This document shows positions 9,259-18,520 of a DNA stretch of 64,000 bases, one piece after another. Both the position numbers and the translations under genes were made by a program. Position 1 is the stretch's first letter. Each line of letters opens with the position of its first letter. This stretch comes from an uncultured Methanosarcinales archaeon. GTDB taxonomy: Archaea; Nanobdellota; Nanobdellia; Woesearchaeales; GW2011-AR4. The notes under the pieces were generated by a model that did not search any database, had not been told where the DNA came from, and saw only the letters and a program-made list of their open reading frames with translations. The DNA is taken from NCBI GenBank assembly GCA_964469645.1, contig CAYXZV010000001.1, positions 31,790 to 95,789 on the forward strand, read 5' to 3'.

Positions 9259-9378
9259 TAAATCTAATAATACTAATACTTTTATTTTTTTTATTAAGAT
9301 TATTAATATTAATAATCAGGATTCGTATTAAGCTAACGCTTAATACTCTTGCCACCCCATTACAAGATACACAACATT

Positions 9379-9400
9379 ATGTGCCCACCCCTACGCACAT
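9379..9400 (+). repeat. GC-rich inverted repeat ATGTGC-N10-GCACAT, loosely related to the GTGC-N6-GCAC family
   Basis: ATGTGC (9379-9384) and GCACAT (9395-9400) flank CCACCCCTAC. It lies 50 nt upstream of the AbrB-like gene. Confidence 0.35.
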
Positions 9401-9449
9401 GATGAGATTAGTTCACAACTAAATTGAATATATGCATATGAGGAAATAA

Positions 9450-9659
9450 ATGAGTGTAAAATTCATCGGAAAGGCGAAGATAACGAAGCAAGGTCAGGTT
9501 ACGTTGCCTTTCGAAGCAAGAGAAGAGCTAAAACTAGATCTGAATAGTGATGTTTATTGGTATTTGGTGGATGATCATCTTGTTGTTGTGAAGGATCTAG
9601 TCAGTACTGAAGACTTACAGGGCATGATTAAAGGGAAAAAGAGCAAAAAAAGAGGTTGA
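9450..9659 (+). CDS. AbrB/SpoVT-type DNA-binding protein
   Basis: The segment KITKQGQVTLPFEAREELKL fits the swapped-hairpin AbrB pattern. The stop lies 1 nt before the next ATG. Confidence 0.7.
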   Translation: MSVKFIGKAKITKQGQVTLPFEAREELKLDLNSDVYWYLVDDHLVVVKDLVSTEDLQGMIKGKKSKKRG

Positions 9660-9660
9660 T

Positions 9661-11523
9661 ATGGGATTTGCAAACACTGCAGGATTATTTGCATTATTGA
9701 GTTTGATACCTTTCATAATCTTGTACTTAAGGAAGCCAAAGCCACAAGATAGGGTCATACCATCATTAATGTTCATACTGCAGAATAAAAAAAGGTCGAA
9801 ACAGAGTGACTTTTTTAGGAAATTTTTGACAAACCTGCTGTTTTTCATACAACTATTGGCTTTAATCGGATTGTCAATAGCAATAGCAGAGCCTTTTGCA
9901 AAAGTCCCTTATGACGTTTCTTTGGAAAACACAGTAACTGTTTTGGATGCCAGCGCATCAATGCAGGCAGAGGAAGGCAATAAGATGAGGTTTGAGAAAG
10001 CAATAAAAGAAGCTAAAAAAGTCCTTAGCGGAAAAAATACAATTATCCTTGCAGAAAACTTTCCGTTGATCATACTTGAGGATCAAGACGAGAAAACGGC
10101 ATCAACTATCCTTGACAGCATCAACCCAAAAGCAACAACAACAAATTTAGGGGACTCAATGCTGCTGGCTAAAGATATCTTGCAGGACAGACCGGGAAGG
10201 ATTGTTGTCATAAGTGATTTTAGTAATATCGACGGTCCGGATTTATTAGCAGTTAAGAAAGCAATAGGCTCAGACGAGATAATTGTGAATTTTGTTGATG
10301 TATCAAATGATGCAGAGAATGTAGGCATTATAGGGATGGATGTTGGAAAGCATAACATAAAAATTTTTGTGAAGAATTTCAACAGTGAAGGGAAGCAGAT
10401 AAATCTTAAGCTGATAAAAGACAAAAAGGTAATAGCAGAATCTGGTAGTATAGATATACTAGCTAATTCTGTCGAGAGCTTTTTGTTTGATGATACCCCT
10501 ACCGGTGTAAGCAAGATCGAGCTTGAGCCTAAAGATGATTTAAATGCGGATAATGTCGCTTACATAAGCGCTCCTTTGAAGAAGAGAGTAGATGTATTAT
10601 TAATAACAAATAAGCGAAGCACAAACCTGGAAAGTGCATTGCTCGCGTCAAGAGATATAGCACTTAATGTCGTGAATCCGCCAGTGTTTACGATCAATAC
10701 TAATGGAGATAGAATAGAGCCTTTTGAGCATGATGTGATAATTGTCCACAGCATAAACAACGTGGGTAACAGGGACGGGATTTTACCCGGGACATTTCTG
10801 GACCTGTCAAATTACGTCAAGAATGGAGGAAATCTAATAATTACCGGGCAGGATAACCTGGATAAATTCAACAAGGTTGACATGGATATCGTAAATCTAA
10901 GAACTTTACTTAGAGATACAAGAAGGGTTTGTTTAGAAGTTGTTAATGAAATGACTAAACCTCTTGAAAGCTGTTTTGCCACTGTAAGTCAATATTTCGA
11001 CGCTGATGCCAAGGAAGGAACAAACGTAATGGCGTCTATAAATGAGATACCTGTCCTTGTGATGAAAGAACATCACAAGGGAAAGATTTTCTATTATGGA
11101 ATCATTGATGATGCTTCTGATTTCAAGACATTGCCATCTTACCCGATACTCTGGAATTCGTTGATCAATTTCATGGCAGAGACGGAAGACATAAGGAATT
11201 TTAACTCAAAAACAGGGAGGGTTGTCACGATAAGCCAGCAGCGCGTCAAAACCCCATCTTCATCATTAACAACATCAAGGGTAATATTTGATGAGGTCGG
11301 AATATATGAATTTGATAACAAAAAATTCGCAGCCAATGTTCTTGATGAAAAAGAAAGTGATGTGACGAAAGAAAGCACCTTGGATGACGAAAGCGAAAGT
11401 ACGGATGTGCTAAAGCAGCGGGGAGTTGAAAAGAATTTCAGCTTAAGCAGCCTTATTTTGCTGGTTGTTTTTTTGCTTTTGGCCTTTGAAGTTTATTATC
11501 TCAAGAGAAGAGGTGACATATAG
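9661..11523 (+). CDS. BatA-like membrane protein with vWA domain
   Basis: N-terminal aerotolerance-regulator-type TM (LLSLIPFIILYLRKPK). vWA MIDAS-like VTVLDASASM. A GATase1-like middle region. C-terminal TM. Confidence 0.75.
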   Translation: MGFANTAGLFALLSLIPFIILYLRKPKPQDRVIPSLMFILQNKKRSKQSDFFRKFLTNLLFFIQLLALIGLSIAIAEPFAKVPYDVSLENTVTVLDASASMQAEEGNKMRFEKAIKEAKKVLSGKNTIILAENFPLIILEDQDEKTASTILDSINPKATTTNLGDSMLLAKDILQDRPGRIVVISDFSNIDGPDLLAVKKAIGSDEIIVNFVDVSNDAENVGIIGMDVGKHNIKIFVKNFNSEGKQINLKLIKDKKVIAESGSIDILANSVESFLFDDTPTGVSKIELEPKDDLNADNVAYISAPLKKRVDVLLITNKRSTNLESALLASRDIALNVVNPPVFTINTNGDRIEPFEHDVIIVHSINNVGNRDGILPGTFLDLSNYVKNGGNLIITGQDNLDKFNKVDMDIVNLRTLLRDTRRVCLEVVNEMTKPLESCFATVSQYFDADAKEGTNVMASINEIPVLVMKEHHKGKIFYYGIIDDASDFKTLPSYPILWNSLINFMAETEDIRNFNSKTGRVVTISQQRVKTPSSSLTTSRVIFDEVGIYEFDNKKFAANVLDEKESDVTKESTLDDESESTDVLKQRGVEKNFSLSSLILLVVFLLLAFEVYYLKRRGDI

Positions 11524-11525
11524 AA

Positions 11526-13955
11526 ATGGTATTTGTTTTTCCGGATCTAAGCAGTGTAATCTGCATATCAAAGTTTTGTTTGAGGTATTCTTATGTAGTT
11601 CTTGTAATCATACCTCTGATCATATTGCTATATTTTTCCATAAAGAAAAATTTCATAAAATTCTTTGATAGATCTGAGCAGGCAAGTTATGAACGCGAAA
11701 AAAAAGACCAAAGGTCCACTTTCTTCATGATCCGGGCAGCAATTTTTACTTTGGTGCTTATTGCTATAGCGAGTCCTTTCATCATGGAATCTACAACGGT
11801 AAAGGGGAATCCAAGAATAACTGTCTTAGTCGATAATTCCACATCTATTAATTTGTTTGAGTCCGGTCTTGAGAAAGAGCTGGCTTCGAAGCTTAAGAAC
11901 AAGATTCCTGTATCCATAAAGCATATTGTTTATGGTGATGAATCTGCAATCGGAGACGGCATCTTGAATAATCTGGAAAGGAATGAAAATGTTTTGGTAA
12001 TAACTGACGGGAACAATAATGAAGGGAAATTATTAGGGGACATCATGCTGCTGGCAACTTCGCTGAATGCAACAGTCAGCACTCTTGACATGGAGCCGAT
12101 AAATAGTGATATTGGTGTTGAGATCATAGGGCCTGATGAGGCTATCTTAGACACAACTGAGGATTTTATCATAGAAGTCAACAATGTCGGAAAAAATATC
12201 CCATATACTTTAGAAGTGAAGTTTGATGATGAGGTTGTTATAGCTAAGACGGATGATAAGAGCAGCAGCTCCATATTAAACAGAAAACTTTCAGAGGGCT
12301 ACCATAAAATCACTGCTGAACTGTTTGATGTAGGGAGCGAAGATTATTTCAGACAGAATAATGTGTTTTACAAAACGATCAAGGTTGTTCCAAGACCAAG
12401 GGTGTTATTTGTTTCAGAAAAAAGTTCTCTGATGATGGATCAATTAGGAGATATTTATGATTTGACAACTATGAGTGCAATTCCTAGCAACCTGGACAGT
12501 TATCTTGCAGTAATTTTAAATGACGTACCTGGAGATAAATTGTTGCCCCACATAAATTTGTTGAGCGATTATGTTTCCGACGGCAACGGATTGTTTGTAA
12601 TCGGAGGGGAAAGTTCCTATGACAGGGGCAACTATAAGGGGAGCTTGATAGAAACATTGCTTCCTGTCAAGGTCGGTGCCGGAGAGGAATCTGAAAAAAG
12701 CGATGTGTATATCATGGTTGTGATTGACATTTCGCATGGAACAGCAGACTATGTTGATATTGAAAAAGCACAGGCTGTCAGCATCGTAAACTCACTGAAT
12801 GAAAAGAATAATGTCGGCATCGTGGCCTTTAACACTGTTCCATACAAGGTTGCAGACATAAAACCATTAAGTGAGCACAAGGACGAAGTTGTTGACAAAA
12901 TTTCTAGGTTAGTTTTTGACGGACAGTCTTTTTTTAATCTTGGTTTAGATTCTGCAAATAAGATGTTAAGAGGAGTATCAGGGGGAAAGAATATAATTTT
13001 AATTACAGACGGCAAGACGACTTACAGCAAGCTTATGCAAAACACGAGAGAAGCTGCAAGACAGGCAGCTGCCCGGGGAATGAAGGTTTATGTGGCTGGT
13101 GTTGGGAACAACAGAAATGACCAGTTCCTTACAGAAGTCGCAACTTTCGGGGAAGGCATTTATTTCCCTGTAGGCGCTTCCAATAAACTAGAGATTCTGT
13201 TTGGAGAACCGGAAGGCAAAGATGATAAGGAATTTTTGAACAAACTGGTGTTATTAGATACAACTCATTTTGTAACATTTAACCAGAGCATTGATGCTGT
13301 TGTGAGCGGCTATAACTATGTCATACCTAAACCTGCGTCAAGATTGCTTGTGACGACAAACAAGAACATACCAGTCATGGTCTCATGGCGTTTTGGATTG
13401 GGAAGGGTAATGAGCATGGCCACTGATGACGGAAGCAAATGGGGCGGAGAGCTTCTGAGCAAGAAAAATTCCAAGCTACTGACAAAAACAATAAACTGGG
13501 TGATAGGAGATTTAGCAAGGAAGAAAAATTTTGATGTGAGCATCAAAGATACGACGCTGGGCAATGCAATGTTCGTAAGTGTCATATCTGATACATTACC
13601 TGAGCATGAAGACCTGAAATTTGTCAAGGCTGATGTAAATCTTTACAATGCGAAATTTGATCCTGAAAGAACAGGATTCTATAATTTTTTAGGAGCTGAT
13701 GTGGCTGTCAATTACAAGGAAGAGTTTAGGGATCTAGGCATCAATAGCAAGTTTATAGGGCTTGTTGAGCAAACCCAGGGAAAAGTTTTTGACAAGGATG
13801 ATATAAATGAGATAATTGAGTTTGCCAAGGAAAAATCAAAAAGAATCAAGGTTGACAGCACTGAATTCAAGTGGCCGTTTTTACTGATTGCTTTGGTTTT
13901 GTTTTTAGTCGAGATATGGTTAAGAAGATTATGGGAGATGAAGAGTTATAGATGA
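11526..13955 (+). CDS. Large vWA-domain membrane protein (BatB-like)
   Basis: N-terminal TMs. vWA-like motifs VLVDNSTS and IMVVIDISHGT ... LITDGKT. C-terminal TM (FLLIALVLFLVEIWL). Confidence 0.75.
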   Translation: MVFVFPDLSSVICISKFCLRYSYVVLVIIPLIILLYFSIKKNFIKFFDRSEQASYEREKKDQRSTFFMIRAAIFTLVLIAIASPFIMESTTVKGNPRITVLVDNSTSINLFESGLEKELASKLKNKIPVSIKHIVYGDESAIGDGILNNLERNENVLVITDGNNNEGKLLGDIMLLATSLNATVSTLDMEPINSDIGVEIIGPDEAILDTTEDFIIEVNNVGKNIPYTLEVKFDDEVVIAKTDDKSSSSILNRKLSEGYHKITAELFDVGSEDYFRQNNVFYKTIKVVPRPRVLFVSEKSSLMMDQLGDIYDLTTMSAIPSNLDSYLAVILNDVPGDKLLPHINLLSDYVSDGNGLFVIGGESSYDRGNYKGSLIETLLPVKVGAGEESEKSDVYIMVVIDISHGTADYVDIEKAQAVSIVNSLNEKNNVGIVAFNTVPYKVADIKPLSEHKDEVVDKISRLVFDGQSFFNLGLDSANKMLRGVSGGKNIILITDGKTTYSKLMQNTREAARQAAARGMKVYVAGVGNNRNDQFLTEVATFGEGIYFPVGASNKLEILFGEPEGKDDKEFLNKLVLLDTTHFVTFNQSIDAVVSGYNYVIPKPASRLLVTTNKNIPVMVSWRFGLGRVMSMATDDGSKWGGELLSKKNSKLLTKTINWVIGDLARKKNFDVSIKDTTLGNAMFVSVISDTLPEHEDLKFVKADVNLYNAKFDPERTGFYNFLGADVAVNYKEEFRDLGINSKFIGLVEQTQGKVFDKDDINEIIEFAKEKSKRIKVDSTEFKWPFLLIALVLFLVEIWLRRLWEMKSYR

Positions 13956-14123
13956 AACTCATACGATGAAAAATAAAATAATAATTAAAAATATTGAAAA
14001 AATAATCAAAAATAAAATAATTACAATGGAAATCAATTCAATGAATAAAAAACAATGAAAAAATTACAATGAAACTAACAATTACAATAAAAAATAATTC
14101 AAAATAATAAAATAAAAAATATC
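13956..14123 (+). other. Strand-asymmetric A-rich intercistronic spacer
   Basis: About 170 nt, almost entirely A and T with A dominant on the + strand. Three copies of ATTACAAT lie between about 14019 and 14090. It ends in the SD GAGGT (14124-14128), 8 nt before the ATG at 14137. Confidence 0.5.
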
Positions 14124-14136
14124 GAGGTTGATCAAA

Positions 14137-14631
14137 ATGTCAGTCATGAAAAAAGACGTGAACTTTGTATTGCTGGGCTTGATAATAGTTTCTATACTTT
14201 TATTCAGCGGATTTACCGTCTATTATCATACGACCTTCCAGGATGTTTCTCTGGAATACCAGCAAAAACTGGATGAGTTAGGTACTGTGACGCAGGAGCT
14301 GAGCAGCAAAAGACAGGAACTGAATGAAACGTATAGCTTGAGGGTAAAGGCAGAGCAGGACAAAAAAGCGCTTGACCTGAGCTACAAAGATCTAAGTGAC
14401 GAAAGAGATAGATTAGAGAACGATAAAATAAGCTTGCAGACAGAGCTTGGTTCTACTAAACTTGAACTGGGAGAGAAAGCTGCACAGTTGCAGTCTACCC
14501 GAAGCCAGCTTGCAAGTACGCAATCAGAGTTGAGCAGTGTAAAGGCCAGGAAGAACAGCCTTGAAAACGATCTGGATGAAGTGTGTGCTGCTTATGAGTC
14601 TGCTACAGGGAGTGCACATGATGAATGTTAA
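14137..14631 (+). CDS. Membrane-anchored coiled-coil protein
   Basis: N-terminal TM (FVLLGLIIVSILLFSGFTVYY), then heptad-like Q/E/L/S-rich sequence. Start moved to the ATG that has the SD. Confidence 0.65.
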   Translation: MSVMKKDVNFVLLGLIIVSILLFSGFTVYYHTTFQDVSLEYQQKLDELGTVTQELSSKRQELNETYSLRVKAEQDKKALDLSYKDLSDERDRLENDKISLQTELGSTKLELGEKAAQLQSTRSQLASTQSELSSVKARKNSLENDLDEVCAAYESATGSAHDEC

Positions 14632-14632
14632 T

Positions 14633-14664
14633 CGTGCGCACCCGCACACTAGTATCGGGCACGG
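14633..14664 (+). repeat. GC-rich motif copy A (CGTGC GCACCC GCACAC TAGT ...)
   Basis: CGTGCGCACCCGCACACTAGTATCGGGCACGG sits in an otherwise AT-rich 39-nt intercistronic gap. CGTGC and GCACG at its ends are complementary. Confidence 0.5.
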
Positions 14665-14670
14665 TAAAAA

Positions 14671-15447
14671 ATGAAGAATTTCGTCAATGTAATTAAGGAA
14701 ATAAATAAGACAATGAACTTTTTGGTTACTTTTGAGACTATTCTCAATGCAAGCATTTTCTTCCTTACCGTCTATTTGCTGTTGTCTCTTGTAAATCTTT
14801 ATCCGATTCTTGCAATCATACCTACTATAATCTATGTCTGGATGAGATTGTATGTAAACTATAAAAGCGACAAAAGAAAAATTGTGGAAAGCAAGTACGA
14901 GCCTCTTAAAGAAAAACTTAGGACAGCTGCAGATAATGTCAAAGAGGAAAATCCTGTTGTCAATGAACTGGAAGAGGAGGTTGTTTATGACCTAAAGCAT
15001 GTTGGATTGAGCTCTTTTATACAGACAAAGAAAGTATCTTACAAGATTTTTGCAACCATACTGCTTTCTTTTGCGATTGTCCTTGCAACAACCCTGAATC
15101 TTTACATTGTCGACATAAGTGAATTTCTAGGAGGAGTTCCAGGTCTTTTGGAAAATCTCGACCCTAGGAGAGCATCTAATGCAGCACTCGGAGAGATCAA
15201 TGAAAGCAATGATATTTACGGCGACAGCAAGCTAGCTATTTTGGGCAATCAGCAGATTGACATTAAGATAAGCCCTGTTAATTATGAAGTTAATGTGCGC
15301 GAGGAAGGAGATGTCGAGCAGAAACAGTTTGATGAGATTTTCCCTAAAGAGGTAGCGGTTGAGCAGGCATCTGCTTTTGAGGAAAAAATACCGGAGGAAG
15401 AGCAGGAATTGGTCAAAAAATATTTTGATAAGCTTGCAGGAAGGTAA
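14671..15447 (+). CDS. Multi-pass membrane protein of the Bat-like cluster
   Basis: ORF track. At least three hydrophobic segments and an acidic C-terminus. No family recognised. Confidence 0.6.
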   Translation: MKNFVNVIKEINKTMNFLVTFETILNASIFFLTVYLLLSLVNLYPILAIIPTIIYVWMRLYVNYKSDKRKIVESKYEPLKEKLRTAADNVKEENPVVNELEEEVVYDLKHVGLSSFIQTKKVSYKIFATILLSFAIVLATTLNLYIVDISEFLGGVPGLLENLDPRRASNAALGEINESNDIYGDSKLAILGNQQIDIKISPVNYEVNVREEGDVEQKQFDEIFPKEVAVEQASAFEEKIPEEEQELVKKYFDKLAGR

Positions 15448-15623
15448 AATTAATATAGTATAATTAAAGTTCATTAAAAAGAAAAACAACAAATAAAACA
15501 CAATACGATAATAATATAAACAATAAATTCAAATCAATTAAAAAACAGTTCATAAAGAAAAATTCATTAAAAATAACAAAATTAATAAAATAAATAATAA
15601 AAAAGATTAAATACTAATAAAAA
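15448..15623 (+). other. Second strand-asymmetric A-rich intercistronic spacer
   Basis: About 175 nt of A-dominated sequence with internal repeats AGTTCAT(T/A)AA. It ends in the SD AGAGGT before the moxR ATG. Confidence 0.5.
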
Positions 15624-15635
15624 AGAGGTACTTAT

Positions 15636-16571
15636 ATGAAGAATTACAAACATGTTTTTGATGCTGTCTTTAAGGAAGTAGAGAAAGTTGTTGTCGGGCA
15701 GAACCATGTTGTCGAGCAGATTCTGGTTTCTATATTGTGTGATTCTAATGCATTGTTAGAGGGTTATCCTGGTCTGGCTAAGACATTGACAATCAGAACG
15801 ATGGCTGATGTGATGAATCTTAAGTTCAACAGGATACAAAACACGCCGGATTTGATGCCTTCTGACATCACTGGGACTTATATAATAGAGGAAACTTCAG
15901 GGAAAAGGAATTTTAAATTTCAGCCAGGACCTATTTTTGCAAATATTGTTTTAGCGGACGAGGTCAACAGGGCAACACCTAAAACACAGTCTGCTTTGCT
16001 TGAGGCAATGCAGGAAAAGCAAGTCACAGTCGGTAATAATACTTATAAGCTTGATCTGCCATTTTTTGTTTTGGCTACTCAAAACCCAATTGAACAGGAA
16101 GGAACTTACCCATTACCTGAGGCACAGGCTGATAGGTTTTTGCTGAAAATCAAAGTGGGTTATCCTTCTTTTGAAGAGGAAAAAGAAATAGCGGATAGAT
16201 ATGCTGCTACATTAAGGCAGCATAGGTTGAAAACATTATTGAACAAGAATCATCTGTTGAGCCTGCAGACATTGACAAGACAAGTTCCGGTTGCCAATGA
16301 TATCAAGGACAGAGCAATAAAAATAATAGCGTCTACAAGGACAAATAAAGATGTTATCAGTTATGGTGCATCTCCAAGAGCTTCTATCGGCATATTGCTT
16401 GCATCAAAAGCGCGCGCTCTAGTCAAAGGCAGAAATCATGTCAGTACTGAGGACATCAATGAGATGGCTTATTCTATTTTGAGACATAGGATAATCCTAA
16501 ACTTTGAGGCAGAGAGAAAAGGAATGACGACTGATGACGCAATCAAGCACATACTAGACAAAATAAAATGA
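15636..16571 (+). CDS. moxR: MoxR-family AAA+ ATPase
   Basis: 311 aa. GYPGLAKT Walker A-like, LADEVNRATPKTQSALLEAMQE Walker B/sensor region, and a typical MoxR C-terminal lid. Confidence 0.9.
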   Translation: MKNYKHVFDAVFKEVEKVVVGQNHVVEQILVSILCDSNALLEGYPGLAKTLTIRTMADVMNLKFNRIQNTPDLMPSDITGTYIIEETSGKRNFKFQPGPIFANIVLADEVNRATPKTQSALLEAMQEKQVTVGNNTYKLDLPFFVLATQNPIEQEGTYPLPEAQADRFLLKIKVGYPSFEEEKEIADRYAATLRQHRLKTLLNKNHLLSLQTLTRQVPVANDIKDRAIKIIASTRTNKDVISYGASPRASIGILLASKARALVKGRNHVSTEDINEMAYSILRHRIILNFEAERKGMTTDDAIKHILDKIK

Positions 16572-17416
16572 TCAATACTGATTTTCTTGATCAGTTGGAC
16601 AGGTTTCATCTTGCCGTTAAGAAAAGGGTTACATCCAGCTATACAGGACCCAGAAAATCCGTGGCGACGGGGCACGGCTTAACATTCAAAGAACATAGGA
16701 TATATTCTCCTGGGGATGATATAAGGCTTATTGACTGGAAAGTTTTTGCCAGGACAGACGACCTGTATATCAAGACTTTTGAGGAAGAAAGAAATTTAAC
16801 TGCTCATATCATAATGGATGCAAGCGCTTCAATGGGTTTTGGAAAGCCGATGAGCAAGTTTGATTATTCTTCGATGCTGGGTGTTGGTTTTGCTTATCTG
16901 GCTATGAGAGAAAATGAAAAATTTCAATTCTCAACTTTTGCAGAAAGCCTTGATGTGTTCCAACCAAGAAGAGGAATGTCGCAGCTCGCTTCTATGGTCT
17001 TTCATCTGAACGGCACAAAAACACAAGGACATTCTAAACTGCTGGAGTCAGTAATGCAGTACAAGAAATTAATTGGCAGCAGGTCATTGCTTGTGCTTGT
17101 ATCGGATTTTTTGGTGGATATCAATGAGGTAATTGAAGCATTATATGCTCTTGGAGATCACGAAATCAAAATCGTACAGGTCCTGGACCCGATTGAAAAA
17201 GATTTAAAGTACAGCGGTGACTTTAAGTTAATTGACAGCGAGTCAAAAAGTATGTTGAGGACTTATGTGAGCCCAAGGTTGAGGGTAGAATATCAGCAGA
17301 TGCTTGATAACCATTCTGCGAGGATAGAAGAAACATGCAACAAATTAGGATACCATTTCTATCAGATCACAAGCGATACTCCGATTTTTGACGCGTTCTA
17401 TAAGGTTTTGGAATAG
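16568..17416 (+). CDS. DUF58-family protein (MoxR partner, vWA-like fold)
   Basis: ATGA overlap with moxR. IDWKVFARTDDLYIK motif typical of DUF58. About 280 aa. Confidence 0.85.
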   Translation: MINTDFLDQLDRFHLAVKKRVTSSYTGPRKSVATGHGLTFKEHRIYSPGDDIRLIDWKVFARTDDLYIKTFEEERNLTAHIIMDASASMGFGKPMSKFDYSSMLGVGFAYLAMRENEKFQFSTFAESLDVFQPRRGMSQLASMVFHLNGTKTQGHSKLLESVMQYKKLIGSRSLLVLVSDFLVDINEVIEALYALGDHEIKIVQVLDPIEKDLKYSGDFKLIDSESKSMLRTYVSPRLRVEYQQMLDNHSARIEETCNKLGYHFYQITSDTPIFDAFYKVLE

Positions 17417-18382
17417 TTAAAGCCACCCTTTCTTTCTGAAATAGATATAAGTAAGGATTACAGAAAGCAGCATCAATCCTAAAGCGAAAAAATAGCCGTA
17501 TTGCCAGTAAAGCTCCGGCATGTTGTATTGTGAGGCCTTGGAGAAATTCATCCCATAGATTCCTGAAATTAATGTTGGGATCAAAACAAAAGATGCAACT
17601 ATCGTCAGGGTTTTCATGACCTTGTTTAGGTTATTTGAGACTGAGCTTAGATAAATATCCAGAGTTCCTGTTAAAATATCACGATAAGTCCCTTCTGTGT
17701 CAATCAATTGGGTTACGTCATTGTATAACGCACGAAACCTTTTGATGTTTTTCTTGTCTATGTTGGCAACATACTCTTTTTCTATGGCTGAGATTACTTC
17801 GCGATTTGCTGTCAGGGCTTTGTGGAAAAATATTAGGGTTTTCTTCGCTGTGAAAATATTTTTTACGGAAATTTTGTCAGGCCTTTCGATGACATGGTCC
17901 TCGATTGTATCTATTTTTTCTTCCAGGACATCTAATATGTTGAAGTATGCATTTAGTATCTCGTCAAGCAGCTTGTATGTGAAGAAGCTTATGCCTTTCT
18001 CGTGCATATCGATCTTATTTGTAGCTGCTAGATGCTTTATTTTGTTGATGGACTTTACTTCTTTGAGTGATATGGTGATTATGTTGTTCTTATTTTTTGA
18101 AATGAAAATAGAAACAGGAGTTGTCAATATTTCATCATGTTCTATCAATGGGGCTCTTATTATGATTAGTGAATCATTTTCCAGGTCAGAAACTTTAGGC
18201 CTTTCCTCGGGATCAAGAATCTTTTCCAGCTCATTTAAACTTATGTTGCCATTTTCAGAAATAGTCTTTAATTCCTTTTTTGTCGGGTTTACACAGTCTG
18301 CCCAGCATTTTGAAGTATTGCCTAGATCACTCGGGGAACCGGAATTTACACCTCCTTTTTGAAACTTATAAACTTTAAGCAT
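17417..18382 (-). CDS. corA: CorA-family magnesium/cobalt transporter
   Basis: GIYGMNF signature between two C-terminal TM helices. 321 aa. Confidence 0.9.
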   Translation of the reverse strand: MLKVYKFQKGGVNSGSPSDLGNTSKCWADCVNPTKKELKTISENGNISLNELEKILDPEERPKVSDLENDSLIIIRAPLIEHDEILTTPVSIFISKNKNNIITISLKEVKSINKIKHLAATNKIDMHEKGISFFTYKLLDEILNAYFNILDVLEEKIDTIEDHVIERPDKISVKNIFTAKKTLIFFHKALTANREVISAIEKEYVANIDKKNIKRFRALYNDVTQLIDTEGTYRDILTGTLDIYLSSVSNNLNKVMKTLTIVASFVLIPTLISGIYGMNFSKASQYNMPELYWQYGYFFALGLMLLSVILTYIYFRKKGWL

Positions 18383-18520
18383 CTAAATCTGAATTTAGTT
18401 GAGATGTATTTAAATTTTTGTATTATTTTTGCTTTATTATGTTATTACAGTTTTAATCCATATTTAGTCCATATTTAATCCGTATATCTGTATTTCAATG
18501 ATAATCTGAGAATTAGTAGC

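Noticed and set aside
9320-9331. 12-mer GATTCGTATTAA shared with 53824-53835
   Set aside because: In 64 kb of AT-rich sequence, many exact 12-mer coincidences are expected by chance. There is no flanking similarity.
13956-14123. Repeated ATTACAAT units as a CRISPR array or as a coding micro-ORF (for example the 31-codon K/N/I ORF from about 13966)
   Set aside because: The repeats are only 8 nt, irregularly spaced and embedded in homogeneous A-rich sequence. The ORF is a compositional by-product.
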